This document shows, in pieces, positions 1 to 11,450 of a stretch of DNA of 64,000 nt. How positions within the stretch are numbered: position 1 is the stretch's first letter; the number at the start of each line of letters is the position of its first letter. A program made the translations under genes and the position numbers. The stretch spans positions 70,496,001 to 70,560,000 of the forward strand of contig NC_086097.1 of the NCBI RefSeq assembly GCF_963921235.1, given 5' to 3'. Source of the DNA: Mobula hypostoma. Taxonomy: Eukaryota. The notes below the pieces were generated by a model. It was not told the origin of the DNA. It saw nothing but the letters and a program-made list of their open reading frames with translations, and did no database searches.

Positions 1-371
1 TGAGGATGAACTATGGAGACAGAGGCCAGAAGATGGTAAATTGAGTCATAGAAGCTACAAGACCTAGAATTTGATGATGCAGGAAGGTGATAATAGGAAC
101 CATTTAAGGGAAAAGGTGAAGGTCAATTGAAACCAGATGGAAGAGGAGATATGGCGCTGAAGTCTGCAGGTAGTAGATGGATCCAAGAGTGGGAGCTGGA
201 TAAAATGGGTTAAGAGGGACTTGGGGAGGACGGTTTATGAGAAAGAGAAAACATAAAAGGACTATAGGTAGATTGGAAGGCAAGAGAGATGGAAACACAG
301 GAGAAAATAGAAATGGAAAATGGAAAATTCAACGTTTATATTTTTGGTTACAGGCTACCTAGCTGAAATAT

Positions 372-923
372 GAGGCAACACACATCAAAGTTGCTGGTGA
401 ATGCAGCAGGCCAGGCAGCATCTCTAGGAGGAGGTACAGTCGACGTTTCAGGTCGAGACCCTTCATTGGGACTAACTGAAGGAAGAGCTAGTAAGAGAAC
501 TGAAAGTGGGAGGGGGAGGGGGAGATCCAAAATGATAGGAGAAGACAGGAGGGAGAGGGATGGAGCCAAGAGCTGGACAGGTGACTGGCAAAAGGGATAT
601 GAGAGGATCATGGGACAGGAGGCCCAGGGAGAAGGAAAGGGGGGGGGAACCCAGAGGATGGGCAAGGGGTATAGTCAGAGGGACAGAGGGAGAAAAAGGA
701 GAGTGAGAGAAAGAATGTGTGTATATAAATAATGGATGGGGTACGAGGGAGAGGTGGGGCATTAGCGGAAGTTAGGGAAGTCAGTGTTCATACCATCAGG
801 TTGGAGCCTACCCAGACGGAATATAAGGTGCTGTTCCTCCAACCTGAGTGTGGCTTCATCTTTACAGTAGAGGAGGCCGTGGATAGACATGTCAGAATGG
901 GATGTGGAATTAAAATGTGTGGC
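372..923 (-). mobile_element. Penelope-like retroelement 3' fragment (end of GIY-YIG domain, 3' UTR, mutated hammerhead)
   Basis: Reverse complement closely matches 4700-5262. Hammerhead core is mutated to CCAATGA at 438-473. Confidence 0.9.
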
Positions 924-2339
924 GTTGTGTTTTCAGTTTGTGTGAGGCCTCACCCTGGCTTTGGAGAAGACTGAGGATGGGCGGGTGTGGAGAGCCAATG
1001 TAACAGGCATAAAGAAGAGAAGGGGAGGGGTGAGACAGTGGAATAAATTGGAAAGGTGGAGTGTGGCGTGTGCGAGATGCTGGTCAGGAGGATCCAGGTG
1101 GAGAGAAGGAGGGGTGGAGTTGGGAGACAAAGGGAAACTCTACTGCACGTTCTGTTCATGAAAGAACAGCTGTTTTATGTAAATCAATGGTAAATTTATT
1201 GATATTCAAGATTCATTTCTAGGTAACTCCAGTGAGATATTTATGCCAAACTTGAACATAAATTTCATTTGTGACCACTAATGTAATCGTACTGTATATT
1301 CTACTCCACGGGGCTTGTAAGCACAATACAGTCATTGAATTCTTCAGTTTGAGTTAATGGATAGTTTATAAATCCAAATATTACCTCCAGAACACAGCAG
1401 TCCTCTCATCAGGTTTTAAATTACTCTTTCTGAAGCTGATACAGGCATATTTAGTTACAAATCCAAACAAAGTACCGAAAATGTTTTTAATGGGTAAAGT
1501 GAGTTAAATATATAAGCTCATATGATGAAAAAAAGAGATTATGCAAATCAAACAGAGGTGATTAGGTGTATGAGACAGAGGGACAATGAATACAAGTGAA
1601 TCAGCTACTCTGAGTAACATTACAGATGCTACTATATCTATGAATAGCAATAAGGGTCATCACACCAGGAATAGCCAGATAAGATGATGCAGGTCAATTT
1701 ATCCAAAAGCTACTGTCCTTTCCTTTTGAGAAGGGAGGGCATTTCTCTAAATTACCGTTTTTAAGCTATATCTCTTACAACAGTCTCCATCAGTTGGCAT
1801 TGTTCCCTCACAATGCAGACGTTTTCTAACGCAATGTGAACCTGAGGATTGAACAATTGCTTCAGCTGCATTAACACACAGTTGATTATCCTCAGCACAG
1901 ACCACAATTTACACATTGAAACAACTAAATATTAATGTTCAGAATTAAAAATTAATGTGAGATCCCAAGGAAGAAGGTACTGAAAATGCATATATCATAT
2001 ACATTAACGGAATCAAATCAGCAAGCTTAACAATGCCTTTACTGAGGTAGCCATCAATTTTGCTCTTTTCAATTGGCAGTACAACAAATTCATATGGCTG
2101 TCCCAAAAAAAAGTAAGTCTATTTTTCATATCCATGTCATCATATGAAATGATCCATAGAAATCAATGTTATTTCACATCAAGTAATATTTTTTTCAATT
2201 AAGCCAATGGAAACTAACTTCCATAATTTTGAAGCGAGTGAAACAAGCAGTTTGAACTTTAGCACTCTGTACCTGGCCAGACAAATACTTCTTTTTATCA
2301 AGAAACATGCCAACAGGAAAAGGTGATAAACTTCTCCAA

Positions 2340-2652
2340 GATTCAATGTTCAAGATTGTTTAATGTCATTTCCAACACACAAGTGCAAAGGAGAACAAAG
2401 TAATTGTTACTCCTAATCTGATGCAGCAGCAGATAAATACAGTAAGTATAAAAACATAAAGAACACATAATAAAAAAAACAGAAAATATAAAATACATGA
2501 GATAATTTTTATACTGTTCATACATTGATTGTAGAGTATGTTCATTAAGTAACGTTAGGCACAGGAGTGTCTGTACTTAAGGTGACTTTGACAGGAAATG
2601 ATAAAGTAGCGGTGGAGTGGGGTGTGGTGGGGTGGGTTAGTGGGAGGAAGTG
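2340..2652 (-). mobile_element. Rex1/Babar-type LINE 3' UTR; the ORF2 C-terminus resumes at 7305-7436
   Basis: Short-repeat tail near 2340. 7305-7436 minus translates NIMKDPTHPAHGLFVPLPSGRRLRGIHTRTTRLKNSYFPQAVRL, a typical Rex1 ORF2 C-terminus. Confidence 0.65.
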
Positions 2653-2771
2653 TACATGAAAATTTACCCAAAAATGTCATGTAAATGAAAAGCAGAAGTT
2701 ATCTTATGTATCTTATAAATTATCTTATGTATTTATATTTTCTGTGTTTTTTTATTATTGTGTTCTTTATG

Positions 2772-3247
2772 GAACATAGAAAACCTACAGCACAATACAG
2801 GCCATTCAGCCCACAAAGCTGTGCTGAACATGTCCTTATCTTAGAACTACCTAGGCTTACGCATAGCCCTTTATTTTTCTAAGCTCCATGTATCCATCCC
2901 GGAGTCTTGTAAAAGACCCTATCATTTCCGCCTCCACCACCGCTGCCAGCAGCCCATTCCACGCACTCACCACTCTCTGCGTAAAAAACTTACTTCTGAC
3001 ATCTCCTCTATAGCTACTTCCAAGCACCTTAAAACTATGCCCTCTTGTGCTAGCCATTTCAGCCCTGGGAAAAAGCCTCTGACTATCTACAAGATCAATG
3101 CTTCTCATTATCTTATACACCTCTATCAGGTCACCTCTGATCCTCCGTTGCTCCAAGGAGAAAAGACCAAGTTCAGTCAAACTATTCTCATAAGGCATGC
3201 TCCCCAATCCAGGCAACATCCTTGTAAATCTCCTCTGCACCCTTTCT
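2772..3247 (-). mobile_element. CR1 LINE 3' fragment, continuing at 5309-5338 and ~7138-7208 after two nested insertions
   Basis: ORF 2857-3252 ([14 protein letters not shown]...LGLFSLEQRRIRGDLIEVYKIM) is the CR1 ORF2 C-terminus. TTCTATG-type tail at ~2772. Confidence 0.92.
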
Positions 3248-5294
3248 CCCATCCACTGCTACCAACCTTATAGTTCCCACACCCCACACTTCCCGTTTCT
3301 ACCTCCTACCCAAGATCCACAAACCTGCCTGTCCTGGCCGACCTATTGTCTCAGCTTGCTCCTGCCCCACCGAACTCGTTTCTGCATACCTCGACACTGT
3401 TTAATCACCCCTTGTTCAATCCCTTCCGACCTATGTTCGTGACACTTCTCACGTTCTTAAACTTTTCGATGATTTTAAGTTCCCTGGCCCCCACCGCTTT
3501 ATTTTCACCATGGATGTCCAGTCCCTATATACTTCCATCCCCCATCAGGAAGGTCTCAAAGCTCTACGCTTCTTTTTGGATTCCAGACCTAATCAGTTCC
3601 CCTCTACCACCACTCTGCTCCGTCTAGCAGAATTAGTCCTTACTCTTAATAATTTCTCCTTTTGCTCCTCCCATTTCCTCCAAACTAAAGGTGTAGCTAT
3701 GGGCACCCGTATGGGTCCTAGCTATGCCTGCCTTTTTGTTGGGTTTGTGGAACAATCTATGTTCCGTGCCTATTCTGGTATCTGTCCCCCACTTTTCCTT
3801 CGCTACATCGACGACTGCATTGGCGCTGCTTCCTGCACGCATGCAGAACTCGTTGACTTTATTAACTTTGCCTCCAACTTTCACCCTGCCCTCAAGTTTA
3901 CCTGGTCCATTTCCGACACCTCCCTCCCCTTTCTAGATCTTTCTGTCTCTGTCTCTGGAGACAGCTTATCCACTGATGTCTACTATAAACCTACTGACTC
4001 TCACAGCTATCTGGACTATTCCTCTTCTCACCCTGTCTCTTGCAAAAACGCCATCCCCTTCTCGCAATTCCTCCGTCTCCGCCGCATCTGCTCTCAGGAT
4101 GAGGCTTTTCATTCTAGGACGAGGGAGATGTCTTCATTTTTTAAAGAAAGGGGCTTCCCTTCCTCCACTATCAACTCTGCTCTTAAACGCATCTCCCCCA
4201 TTTCACGTACATCTGCTCTCACTCCATCCTCCCACCACCCCACTAGGAATAGGGTTCCCCTGGTCCTCACCTACCACCCCACCAGCCTCCGGGTCCAACA
4301 TATTATTCTCCGTAACTTCCGCCACCTCCAACGGGATCCCACCACTAAGCACATCTTTCCCTCCCCTCCTCTCTGCATTCCGCAGGGATCGCTCCCTACA
4401 CAACTCCCTTGTCCATTCGTCCCCCCCATCCCTCCCCACTGATCTCCCTCCTGGCACTTATCCGTGTAAGCGGAACAAGTGCTACACATGCCCTTACACT
4501 TCCTCCCTTACCACCATTCAGGGCCCCAAATAGTCCTTCCAGGTGAGGCATCACTTCACCTGTGAGTCGACTGGGGTGATATACTGCGTCCGGTGCTCCC
4601 GATGTGGCCTTTTATATATTGGTGAGACCCGACGCAGACTGGGAGACCACTTTGCTGAACATCTACGCTCTGTCCGCCAGAGAAAGCAGGATCTCCCAGT
4701 GGCCACACATTTTAATTCCACATCCCATTCCCATTCTGACATGTCTATCCACGGCCTCCTCTACTGTAAAGATGAAGCCACACTCAGGTTGGAGGAACAA
4801 CACCTTATATTCCGTATGGGTAGCCTCCAACCTGATGGCATGAACATTGACTTCTCTAACTTCCGCTAGGCCCCACCTCCCCCTCGTACCCCATCTGTTA
4901 CTCTTTTTTATGCACACATTCTTTCTCTCACTCTCCTTTTTCTCCCTCTGTCCCTCTGAATATACCTCTTGCCCATCCTCTGGGTCACCCCCCCCCCCGT
5001 CTTTCTTCCCGGACCTCCTGTCCCATGATCCTCTCGTATCCCCTTTTGCCTATCACCTGTCCAGCTCTCGGCTCTATCCCTCCCCCTCCTGTCTTCTCCT
5101 ATCATTTTGCATCTCCCCCTCCCCCTCCAGCTTTCAAATCCCTTACTCACTCTTCCTTCAGTTAGTCCTGACGAAGGGTCTCGGCCTGAAACGTCGACTG
5201 CGCCTCTTCCTATAGATGCTGCTTGGCCTGCTGCGTTCACCAGCAACTTTGATGTGTGTTGCTTGAATTTCCAGCATCTGCAGAATTCCTGTTG
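3248..5294 (+). mobile_element. 5'-truncated Penelope-like retroelement (probably Neptune-type): RT, Cys linker, GIY-YIG endonuclease; pseudogenised
   Basis: Motifs PKIHK, GVAMG, RYIDD, LPFLD; linker CKRNKCYTC; VIY...LYIGET GIY-YIG. Stop at 3402, frameshift at ~4370, stop at 4531. 14-bp TSD TCTGCACCCTTTCT at 3234-3247 and 5295-5308. Confidence 0.95.
5164..5199 (+). ncRNA. Minimal type I hammerhead ribozyme motif in PLE 3' repeat
   Basis: AGTC (stem I) - CTGACGA - AGGGTCTCGGCCT (stem II) - GAAA - CGTC^ - GACT (stem I). Core intact, GUC cleavage triplet, palindromic ACGT minimal stem III. Confidence 0.85.
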
Positions 5295-5338
5295 TCTGCA
5301 CCCTTTCTATGGTTTCCACATCCTTCCTATAGTGAGAC

Positions 5339-7135
5339 GGCCAGAGTCAGTAGTTGCAGTGTTTTTTGACATTGAAAAAGTCTATGATATGATGTGAAAG
5401 GAAGGACTGTTAATTAAACTGCACAAGATGGGGGTTGATGGCAGAGTTTTTAATTGAATTAAAGATTTTTTGTTTGGTAGAAAAATTCAAGTACGGATTG
5501 GATCAGAATTATCAAAACAGTACATAGTGGAAAATGGCCCACCTCAGGATAGTGTGATTAGCCCGTTACTTTTCATCATTATGATCAATGATGTCTTCAC
5601 AAAGGTACTTGTGGATATAGGTAGGTCACTGTTTGTGGATGATGGGGCCTTGTGGAAAAGAGGCAGGAATATGGAGCATATAATCAGGAAACTACAAGGA
5701 GCAATTGATAAAGTGGTGGAGTGGGGTTATGATTGGGGATGTAGATTTTCAGTAGAACAAACTCAAACTGTATTTTTCACCAGGAAAAGAATTGAGGTAG
5801 GGAAGAAGTTAAGGGTGTATGGGATTGAATTAGAAAGGGTTGGATCATTTAAAATTTTTTTTTTAGATTGTGAGGACACTCAGACCTCGTTTATTGTCAT
5901 TTAGAAATGCATGCATTAAAAAATGATACAACGTTCCTCCAGAATGATATCACAAGAAAACACAGGACAAACCAAGACTAAAACTGACAAAACCACATAA
6001 TTATAACATATAGTTACAACAGTGCAAAGCAATACCATAATTTGATAAAGAGTAGACCATGGGCACAGTAAAAAGAAGTCTCAAAGTCCCGATAGACTCA
6101 TCATCTCACGCAGGCGGCAAAAGGGAGGAACTCTCCCTGCCATGAACCTTCAAGCGCCGCCAACTTGCCGATGCAGCACAATTGGAAGCACCTGACTGCA
6201 GCAGACTCTGAGTCCGTCCAAAAACTTCAAGCCTCCGACCAGCCCCTCCGACACAGCCTCTCTGAGCACCATCCTCTGCCGAGCGCTTTAACCCCTCCCC
6301 GGCCGCTGAGCAACAAGCAAAGTCGAGGACTCGGGGCCTTCCCCTCCGGAGATTCTGGACCACACAGTAGCAGCAGCAGCAAAGCAGGCATTTCAGAAGT
6401 TTCACCAGATGTTCCTCCGTGCTCTCACATCCATCTCCATCAAATCAGGATTGTGCACGGCACCCTACTTGACAAATAACAGACATCACCACCGGAGTGG
6501 CTGCTGCGAGCTGTGTCATGCCGCAGTCTTCTGGGAGTTATATTTGATTCACGATTAACATGGGCAGACCATATCAGGAAAGTTGAGGAGAAGTGTAAGA
6601 AAGTAATAAATGTGATGAGATGTTTGACTGGTAGGGAATGGGGAGCAAGTTGTTCAGCGTTGAAGAGAATGTGTGTAGCTTTAGTGAGATCTGTGTTGGA
6701 CTATGGAAACATAGCATATGGATCAGCAGCTAGGTCTCTTATAAGGAAACTGGATGTGATTCAGGCTCAGGCTTTGAGAGTGTGCAGTGGGGCTTTTAAG
6801 ACATCACCAGTATCAGCCCTACAGGTAAAAATGGGAGTAATGCCTTTGGAACTAAGAAGGATGCAACTGATGGCAAGCTACTGGGCTAATTTGCAGGGGC
6901 ACAGTGATTCTCACCCTGCTAAAGGAGTGTTGCAGAAGTCCTGAGAAAATGGGAGGTTTCAGAGGGATAACTTTAGTCGTGTAGGGAATGATATTGCTAA
7001 AGAATGTGGAGTGTTTGATCTAAGGATAAGTCCTTCAGTAGTTTATCTGGTTGTAGCTCCATGGAAGCTTGTATGGCCTGACATAGACTGGCATTTGTAA
7101 AAAGGAAAGGAAAATATAGAAGTGATTTGGGGGAG
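5339..7135 (+). mobile_element. I-group (Nimb/I-like) LINE RT fragment, interrupted at ~5860-6528
   Basis: AVFFDIEKVYD, GPPQDSVISPLLF, LFVDD, LGVIFDSRLTW, WGAS...LVRSVLDYG. Several stop codons. Confidence 0.8.
5865..6528 (-). mobile_element. Non-autonomous retroelement (family A)
   Basis: Splits the SFK|FLGV codons of the I-group RT. Homologous along its length to 44518-45118. Confidence 0.75.
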
Positions 7136-7759
7136 ACAAACAGAACTGAGCACAGTACTCCAAGTGGGGTCTGACCAGGGTTCTATACAGCTGCAACATT
7201 ACCTCTCAGTAATGTCATACCTTATGTTCTCTGTGTTTTTTTATTATTCTGTTCCTCATGTTTTTATACTTACTGTGTTTATCTGATGCTGCATCGGATT
7301 TGGAGTCTCACTGCTTGGGGAAAGTAACTGTTTTTGAGTCTGGTGGTCCTGGTGTGGATGCCACGTAGCCTCCTTCCAGATGGGAGTGGGACAAACAATC
7401 CATGAGCAGGGTGGGTGGGATCCTTCATGATGTTACTGTCTAATTGTGCAGTTGTGTAGATCATCCTTAATATTCCAAAACTAATCAAAATGATTCCTGT
7501 TGCAGTCATTTGTAGTAATGCTTTGCAGACTGACTGAATATGCTTGTCTTCTACTGATACTGTGCTGGCCTTCACCCGACTACATGAATACTTGCCCAAA
7601 AATGTCATGTAAACGAAAAGAAGAAGAAATTTAATCTAGCTATTTATAGTCTAATTGGTCTACTCTCAGTTATCATTAAAGGATGTAAGGTGTTGTTAAC
7701 AATGTTATCAATTCATATTTGCATACCATTCATCAGCTCACTGAAACTACTAAGACAAC

Positions 7760-8540
7760 ATGGCTCACTGCAGTCTTGGCCTAAACATGATCAAATTCTA
7801 TATTATATGATAGTGTTTACCCTTATCATTAAGGTAATATTTGACTAAGTCTGGCTCAAAGTAAACTGGCAATGCTAACCACAATTAATGGGAAAAGATT
7901 CCAGTGGGGTGTTATCTCATTTAAAGGAGAATTTTTGCATTTGATGGAGGTCAATCATCCCAATGCCAGGACATCACTGCAAGAGTTCCGTTATGTCCTC
8001 GGCTGAACTGCTACATCCATAAGATTCTGCTATTCATAGGCTCAGCCACTTGCTCGTGATTGCACTATGCTGAATTTAGTTTGACACAACTTGGAAAAAG
8101 AAGCATTTCAAAGATATATGCAACAAGAGATAGGTAACATTCAGCAGCAGGCTGAGAAGTGACACATTTTCATGGAACAAGTACCAGACAATAGTCACCT
8201 ACAAAAACAAAGATCCCATATAACCACCTTCAATATTCAACAGCATTACTTTTAGGTGAGCCGCTCACAACATTTTGGGAAGCATCATCAACTAGAATTT
8301 CAAATGGACCTGCTGGGTCCACAAGAGGAACTACTGACATCCCAATTACAGGCCATAAGTTAGGAACACGATGGATTGCATTCACTTGCCTAGATGAGTA
8401 AAGATCCATAACTATGAGAGTTCTTTCCATATTAGGACCTCAGCAGTATAAGATGGCAGCTCAGCAATGCCCTTTCAAGGGTAAAGTATGAAGAGTTAAT
8501 GTGTGCTTTACTGGTGACACACAAATACCATAAATGAAGA
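7760..8540 (+). mobile_element. Old, highly decayed CR1/L2-like LINE remnant
   Basis: Degraded RT-like segments (GGAGGTCAATCATCCCAATGCCAGGACATCACTGCAAGAGTTCC). Similar decayed pieces at ~31040-31300 (-) and ~42290-42670 (+). Confidence 0.4.
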
Positions 8541-8714
8541 TATTTTAAAAATATAAGATATATAAATGACAGACATAAATTAAGTCATGCAAACTACAAA
8601 AAGTTGTTAGGTGCTATGACCTTCCTGGGTGAACATATGTACAGTTTCCTGTAAATGGTGGCTGAGTCAGGTTGAGTCACCTCAGACTCAAAGTGAATGG
8701 CCTCTTGTTATACA

Positions 8715-10535
8715 CTCTGAATTTTTTCGATGATTTTAAGTTCCCTGGCCCCCACCGCTTTATTTTCACCATGGTTGTCCAGTCCCTATATACCTCCATC
8801 CCCCACCAGGTAGGCCTCAAAGCTCTACGCTTCTTTTTGAATTCCAGACCTAACCCATTCCCCTCTACCACCACTCTGCTCCGTCTAGTGGAATTAATCC
8901 TTACTCTTAATAATTTCTCCTTTGGCTCCTCCCACTTCCTCCAAACTAAAAGTGTAGCCATGGGCACCCGTATGGGTCTCAGCTATGCCTGCCTTTTTGT
9001 TGACTTTGTGGAACAATCCATGTTCCAAGCCTATACTGGTATCTGTCCCCCACTTTTCCTTCGCTACATCGATGACTGCATTGGCGCTGCTTCCTGCACG
9101 CATGCTGAGCTCATTGACTTCATTAACTTTGCCTCCAACTTTCACCCTGCCCTCAAGTTTACCTGGTCCATTTCCGACACCTCCCTCCCCTTTCTAGATC
9201 TTTCTGTCTCTGTCTCTGGAGACAGCTTATCCACTGATGTCTACTATAAGCCTACTGACTCTCACAGCTATCTGGACTATTCCTCTTCTCACCCTGTCTC
9301 TTGCAAAAATGCCATCCCCTTCTTGCAATTCCTCTGTCTCTGCCGCATCTGCTCTCAGGATGAGGCTTTTCATTCCAGGACGAAAGAGATGTCCTCCTTT
9401 TTTAAAGAAAGGGGCTTCTCTTCCTCCACCATCAACTCTGCTCTCAAACGCATCTCTCCCATTTTATGCGCATCTTCTCTCACACCATCCTCCCACCACC
9501 CCACTAAGAATAGGGTCCCCCTGTCCTCACCTACCACCCACCACCCTCTGGGTCCAACATATAATTCTCCGTAACTTCCGCCACCTCCAACGGGATCCCA
9601 CCACTAAGCACATCTTTCCCTCCCCCCCTCTGCTTTCCACAGGGATCACTCCCTATGCGACTCCCTTGTCCATTCATCCCCCACCATCCCTTCCCACCAT
9701 CTCCCTTCTAGCACTTATCCTTGTAAGCGGAACAAGTGCTACACCTGCCCTTACACTTCTTCCCTCACCACCACTCAGGGCCCCAGACAGTCCTTCCAGG
9801 TGAGGCAACACTTCACCTGTGAGTCGGCTGGGGTGATATACTGCGTCCGGTGCTCCCGATGTGGCCTTCTATATATTGGCGAGACCTGACGCAGACTGGG
9901 AGAGCATTTTGCTGAACACCTACACTCTGTCCGCCAGAGAAAACAGGATCTCCCAGTGGCCACACATTTTAAGTCCACGTCGCATTCCCATTCTGATATG
10001 TCTATCCATGGCCTCCTCTACTGTCAAGATGAAGCCACACTCAGGTTGGAGGAACAACACCTTATATTCCGTCTGGGTAGCCTCCAACCTGATGGCATGA
10101 ACATTGACTTCTCTAACTTCCATTAATGCCCCACCTCCCCTTCGTACCCTATCCGTTATTTATTTATTTATTATTATATTTTTTTAAAATTTTCTCTCTC
10201 TCTTTTTTCTCCCTCTGTTCCTCTCACTATACTCCTTGCCCATTCTCTGGGTTTCCCTCCCCTTTTCTTTCTCCCTAGGCTTCCCGTCCCATGATCCTCT
10301 CCTTTATCCAGCCTCGTATCCCTTTTGCCAATCAACTGTCCAGCTCTTAGCTCCATCCCCTCGCCCCTCCTGTCTTCTCCTATCATTTCTGATCTCCCCT
10401 TCCCCCTCCCACTTTCAAATCTCTTACTATCTCTTCTTTCAGGATGAAGGGTCTCAGCCCAAAATGTCAACTGTACCTCTTCCTATAGATGCTGCCTGGC
10501 CTGCTGCGTTCCCCAGCATTTTTTGTGTGTGTTGT
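8715..10535 (+). mobile_element. 5'-truncated Penelope-like retroelement (RT + GIY-YIG), pseudogenised
   Basis: ORF 8672-9574 is nearly identical to ORF 3510-4442. GIY-YIG frame has a stop. Degenerate hammerhead at ~10438-10472. Confidence 0.93.
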
Positions 10536-10681
10536 CTGGTCTCTTGTTGTCACTGTGGTCTTTTGAAGTAGTGCCATAATAAATGGCATAAAGTTTCCTA
10601 TAAATCTGTTCCAGCGAAGTAATATAAAGGTTTTGCAACACACCTCAAGCAAAGATTTGAGGCTAGTAACTTGATTACATA

Positions 10682-10993
10682 ATCGAGGGGTCACAGTTTG
10701 AGGATAGAGGGGAAGCCTTTTAGGACCGAGATTAGGAAAAACTTCTTCACACAGAGAGTGGTGAATCTGTGGAATTCTCTGCCACAGCAAACTGTTGAGG
10801 CCAGTTCATTGGCTATGTTTAAGAGGGAGTTAGATATGGCCCTTGTGGCTACAGGGGTCAGGGGGTATGGAGGGAAGGCTGGGGCGGGGTTCTGAGTTGG
10901 ATGATCAGCCATGATCATAATAAATGGCGGTGCAGGCTCGAAGGGCCGAATGGCCTACTCCTGCACCTACTTTCTATGTTTCTATGTTTCTAT
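10682..10993 (+). mobile_element. Young CR1 3' end
   Basis: FRTEIRKNFFTQRVVNLWNSLP followed by a (TTTCTATG)n tail. Near-identical inverted copy at 40860-41052. Confidence 0.9.
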
Positions 10994-11039
10994 AACATCA
11001 GTGGGAGATGGAATTCAACCCTTCTTGGAGAATTTGGAA

Positions 11040-11450
11040 GGACAAGCTTGAAGGCAGAATACAGGGTTACTGGGATGATTTTTGGCAGTGTGGAGGAAGA
11101 GAAGGATCTTTGGGTCCACATTCATAGATCCCTCGAAGTTGCTGTGCATGTTGATAGGGTGGTTAAGAAGGCATAAGGTGTGTGGCCTTCATCAGTCACC
11201 ATACCATATGTCTTCATTGAAGAGCCATGAGGAAATGTTACAGTTGTATAGCACACTGGTGACACCACACTTTAAATATTGTGCTCAATCCTGGTGGTAT
11301 CATTATAGGAAGGGTGTACAAGCTTTAGAGTAAGTTCAGAGGAGATTTGACAGGTTACTGCCTGGATTAGAGAGCATGTCTTATGAGGACAGTGTGAGCA
11401 AGCTAGGGATTTTCTCTTTAGAGTGAAGGAGGGTGAGCGATGACTTGATA
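11040..11450 (+). mobile_element. Old CR1 ORF2 fragment
   Basis: DLWVHIHRSL...DRVVKKA and MLQLYSTLVTPHFKYCAQSW are decayed CR1 motifs. Confidence 0.8.

Noticed and set aside
3510..4869. RT plus nuclease as a novel retron-like or defence-like two-gene system
   Set aside because: It is one Penelope-like ORF broken by a frameshift (~4370) and a stop (4531), flanked by a TSD and present in many copies.
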